Source of the DNA: Candidatus Thorarchaeota archaeon | Lineage (GTDB): Archaea; Asgardarchaeota; Thorarchaeia; Thorarchaeales; Thorarchaeaceae | Length of the DNA stretch: 37,246 nt | Direction: 5' to 3' | Assembly (NCBI GenBank): GCA_016839445.1 | Contig: JAEOUG010000066.1 | Coordinates: 1-37,246 of the forward strand | Shown: piece by piece, positions 37,113-37,246 of the stretch | How positions within the stretch are numbered: position 1 is the stretch's first letter | Layout: each line of letters opens with the position of its first letter | Made by a program: the position numbers and the translations under genes | The notes under the pieces: generated by a model | Seen by the model: the letters and a program-made list of their open reading frames with translations, nothing else | Databases searched by the model: none | What the model was told of the DNA's origin: nothing

Positions 37113-37183
37113 CCCGCTGGCCCATGTCGAATCGAGATGGACCACTGGTCCGCGCATAAAGCAATCATTCGGTGAAACCAAAA

Positions 37184-37246
37184 ATGGCAAAGTATGAGTG
37201 TTTGGTCTGTGGCTGGGTCTATGATGAGGAAGTCGGCGACCCCGAC
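37184..37246 (+). CDS. Rubredoxin (3' truncated by window edge)
   Basis: My translation MAKYECLVCGWVYDEEVGDPD matches the rubredoxin N-terminus (CxxCGxxYD...GDP); GGTGA SD upstream. Not in the ORF track. Confidence 0.9.
   Translation, partial: MAKYECLVCGWVYDEEVGDPD

Noticed and set aside
344-37164. Many antisense and alternate-frame ORFs in the ORF track (e.g. 12168-12755, 23442-23993, 34004-34444)
   Set aside because: They overlap well-supported genes and lack motifs; these are shadow ORFs.
1-37246. CRISPR array, IS/integrase, tRNA or rRNA
   Set aside because: No regularly spaced repeats, transposase or recombinase motifs, or cloverleaf sequences found by eye; intergenic gaps are short.

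Overview
Gene-dense prokaryotic window with about 31 CDS (two truncated at the edges). I found no rRNA, tRNA, CRISPR array or mobile element. Two Rab/Ras-like small GTPases, a wHTH/PCI-like zinc-ribbon membrane protein, PAS-rich His kinases, a large membrane-anchored surface protein and archaeal-style TATA/GGTGA signals suggest an Asgard archaeon, probably Thorarchaeia; this is inference, not a database result. Contents in order: CopA Cu-ATPase with a C-terminal YHS domain; Rab-like GTPase; HD hydrolase; dolichol/phytol-kinase-like protein; tandem SRPBCC protein (apparent CTG start); a signalling cluster (REC-GAF-PAS protein, GbsR-type regulator with a palindromic operator, ~16-TM kinase, 4xPAS kinase); DUF362; ICMT/PEMT-like methyltransferase; EamA transporter; two surface proteins; an ABC-2 exporter operon; a sat-cysC-sulfotransferase operon; degenerate FdhD; NTase-like protein; MFS transporter; M48 protease; TldD/TldE; a second GTPase; thioredoxin-like protein; polytopic membrane protein; partial rubredoxin. 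Best leads: (1) a ~140-nt structured leader with an 8-codon uORF and mutually exclusive hairpins ahead of the ABC exporter, resembling ribosome-coupled attenuation; (2) a self-contained PAPS-synthesis plus sulfotransferase operon; (3) an HtpX-like protease with an EF-hand-like loop in a large insertion.
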